Source: Stegostoma tigrinum (lineage: Eukaryota). Taken from it: a stretch of 64,000 nucleotides of DNA. The notes beneath the pieces were generated by a model. That model was not told where the DNA came from. It ran no database searches and was given only the letters and a program-made list of their open reading frames with translations. Of this stretch, positions 62,504-64,000 are shown in pieces (within the stretch, counting starts at the first letter, position 1; each line of letters starts with the position of its first letter). The position numbers and the translations under genes were made by a program. Location of the stretch: the NCBI RefSeq assembly GCF_030684315.1, contig NC_081356.1, positions 16,641,197 through 16,705,196 of the forward strand, given 5' to 3'.

Positions 62504-63089
62504 TAAATAAACTTTAGAATTGGCTTTGGTAACCCAGGGCATAAGAGCTGAACAGAATAAGAGGTCAGTAAAGGTCTGCTATTCCAGAGTAAGCTTTAAA
62601 TTAGGACCGATTTTGTGAGATTGCGCAGTGGTAGTCAAAACTTGGCCTAGGCATAACATGTCTGAACAGGTTCATTAAATATATCTACAATTCTATGAAG
62701 TGTCTCGGGCTGTTTTTCACTTGGTTAAACATGCTACAGAAATTTCTAGTTTCTGTTGCAAAGTATACACAAATTAATATGCAGAGATTTAAACAGTATT
62801 ACCAAATACGATTGTGTTTCAATGCTGCTATGAATGCATCCGTTTAAATACTGAATAAATTCTTGCCTAGCAAAGCTTACTTTTGTTTCTACTTAATTTA
62901 TTTGTGCTGCACTTCTTTATTTAAGTCTATGTGGCTGTGAGTGCGTGTTTTTTCTGCTCATCCTATCAATTAACTACCCAGGGTGAGGCACTGACTATCC
63001 ACTGACATATCTCTATCCTGCCCAAAATCATGCTTATTTGATAAGTGGGGTTTTAAAATCACCAGAAGTACTTTGACAAGCCACCTTAC

Positions 63090-63207
63090 CTTTGAATCAC
63101 CTGATTAAAGCAGAGTTCAGCTTGTAAGAGACGGTCCAAATGCTTCAGACATAGCCCTTTCAGGAGCTGTACAAGACTCTCATCATCTGCTTGATATTCA
63201 ACAGGCT
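63090..63207 (-). CDS. TTC39B: TTC39B-like, third-last coding exon
   Basis: PVEYQADDESLVQLLKGLCLKHLDRLLQAELCFNQVIQ, cf. TTC39B DDECLVKLLKGCCLKNLQRPLQAELC; donor AG|GTAAGG; acceptor at 63207 (alternatively 63205). Confidence 0.88.
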
Positions 63208-64000
63208 CTTTGGAGGCAAGTTAATTATGACAATGTAGAAACTGCAACAATTTTTTTGTAATCTAGATATTGATATGTTTACTGAAACTATCAAGCTGTT
63301 TTATTGCACTATACCTCACTGTATTTTGTCCTTAAATTTACATTGTGCAGGATATCACAAAACATTCTGAATATATGCTACTTGTATTTATGTTCCCTAC
63401 TAGAATGAAGCTCCACAGTACCAAGTTGCATCAGTAACATCAGCAAGCTGATTTTTCTTCAGATGTGGGCTTAGGCAAGGTCACAAAATTTAACTGAAAA
63501 ATGAGCGGGGACAAAAAAGTAACTGACAGAAAAGCAGGCAGAAAGATCACAGATAAGTTTCGATAATATACATTATTGTCCAATTTTAAAATGTGTGCTT
63601 TCCAGCCAACGGCCACTGAACATAAATTAGATTTGGTCACAGTATTGCCTTTTTTTTTTCTAAGGCAAAGAGATAATTTCTACAGCTATTGTAGCAGAGA
63701 ATATCTAACATAACCACACCCAAAGTAGAATCTTCAAGAATTTACTTCTAGTTCTATTTATTGTATCTGAAATATTTTCCATTTCATTCATCTAATTATT
63801 CCCCACATACGGCAATCCACAGAAAGAACTGACAAAACAAAAATCCCAACATATCTGTCAATGCATTTCTTGCCAATAATTGAACTCAGCCAGGTAAGAA
63901 TGCAAGTGTTTTAGGCTGATTTGCTCAGCGAAATAGTTTCTTTTTAAAACATTCTACACACGTGTTTTTTGTGCAACATTACAAATGTACTCACTGGGGT

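Noticed and set aside
63440-63515. Minus-strand acceptor followed by LNFVTLPKPTSEEKSAC*
   Set aside because: No TTC39 similarity and it would truncate the gene; insufficient support.

Overview
Vertebrate genomic DNA, very probably a cartilaginous fish (shark), judged from HE1/V-SINE, DeuSINE and CR1/Penelope repeats. Four protein-coding genes can be assembled by hand with canonical GT-AG junctions. (1) Single-exon claudin-23 (-, 3989-4687). (2) Three-exon ghrelin O-acyltransferase MBOAT4/GOAT (+, 18832-31959, 443 aa). (3) A four-exon, 358-aa divergent TGF-beta/BMP-superfamily ligand (+, 40843-44765) that I cannot assign to a named gene. It has BMP2-type cysteine spacing but lacks the dimerisation Cys, the first conserved Trp and the wrist-helix motif, and two introns fall inside the mature domain. 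(4) The last three coding exons of a TTC39B-like TPR gene (-, 60004-63207), continuing beyond the window. Most of the remainder is repeats: CR1/L2 LINE pieces, tRNA-derived SINEs and many Penelope-like (GIY-YIG) fragments. The Penelope-like terminal repeats carry minimal hammerhead-ribozyme cores, often form fold-back elements and sit between 11-16 bp target-site duplications. Most short ORFs in the supplied track are repeat-derived or spurious. No database search was run; all family assignments come from motif recognition.
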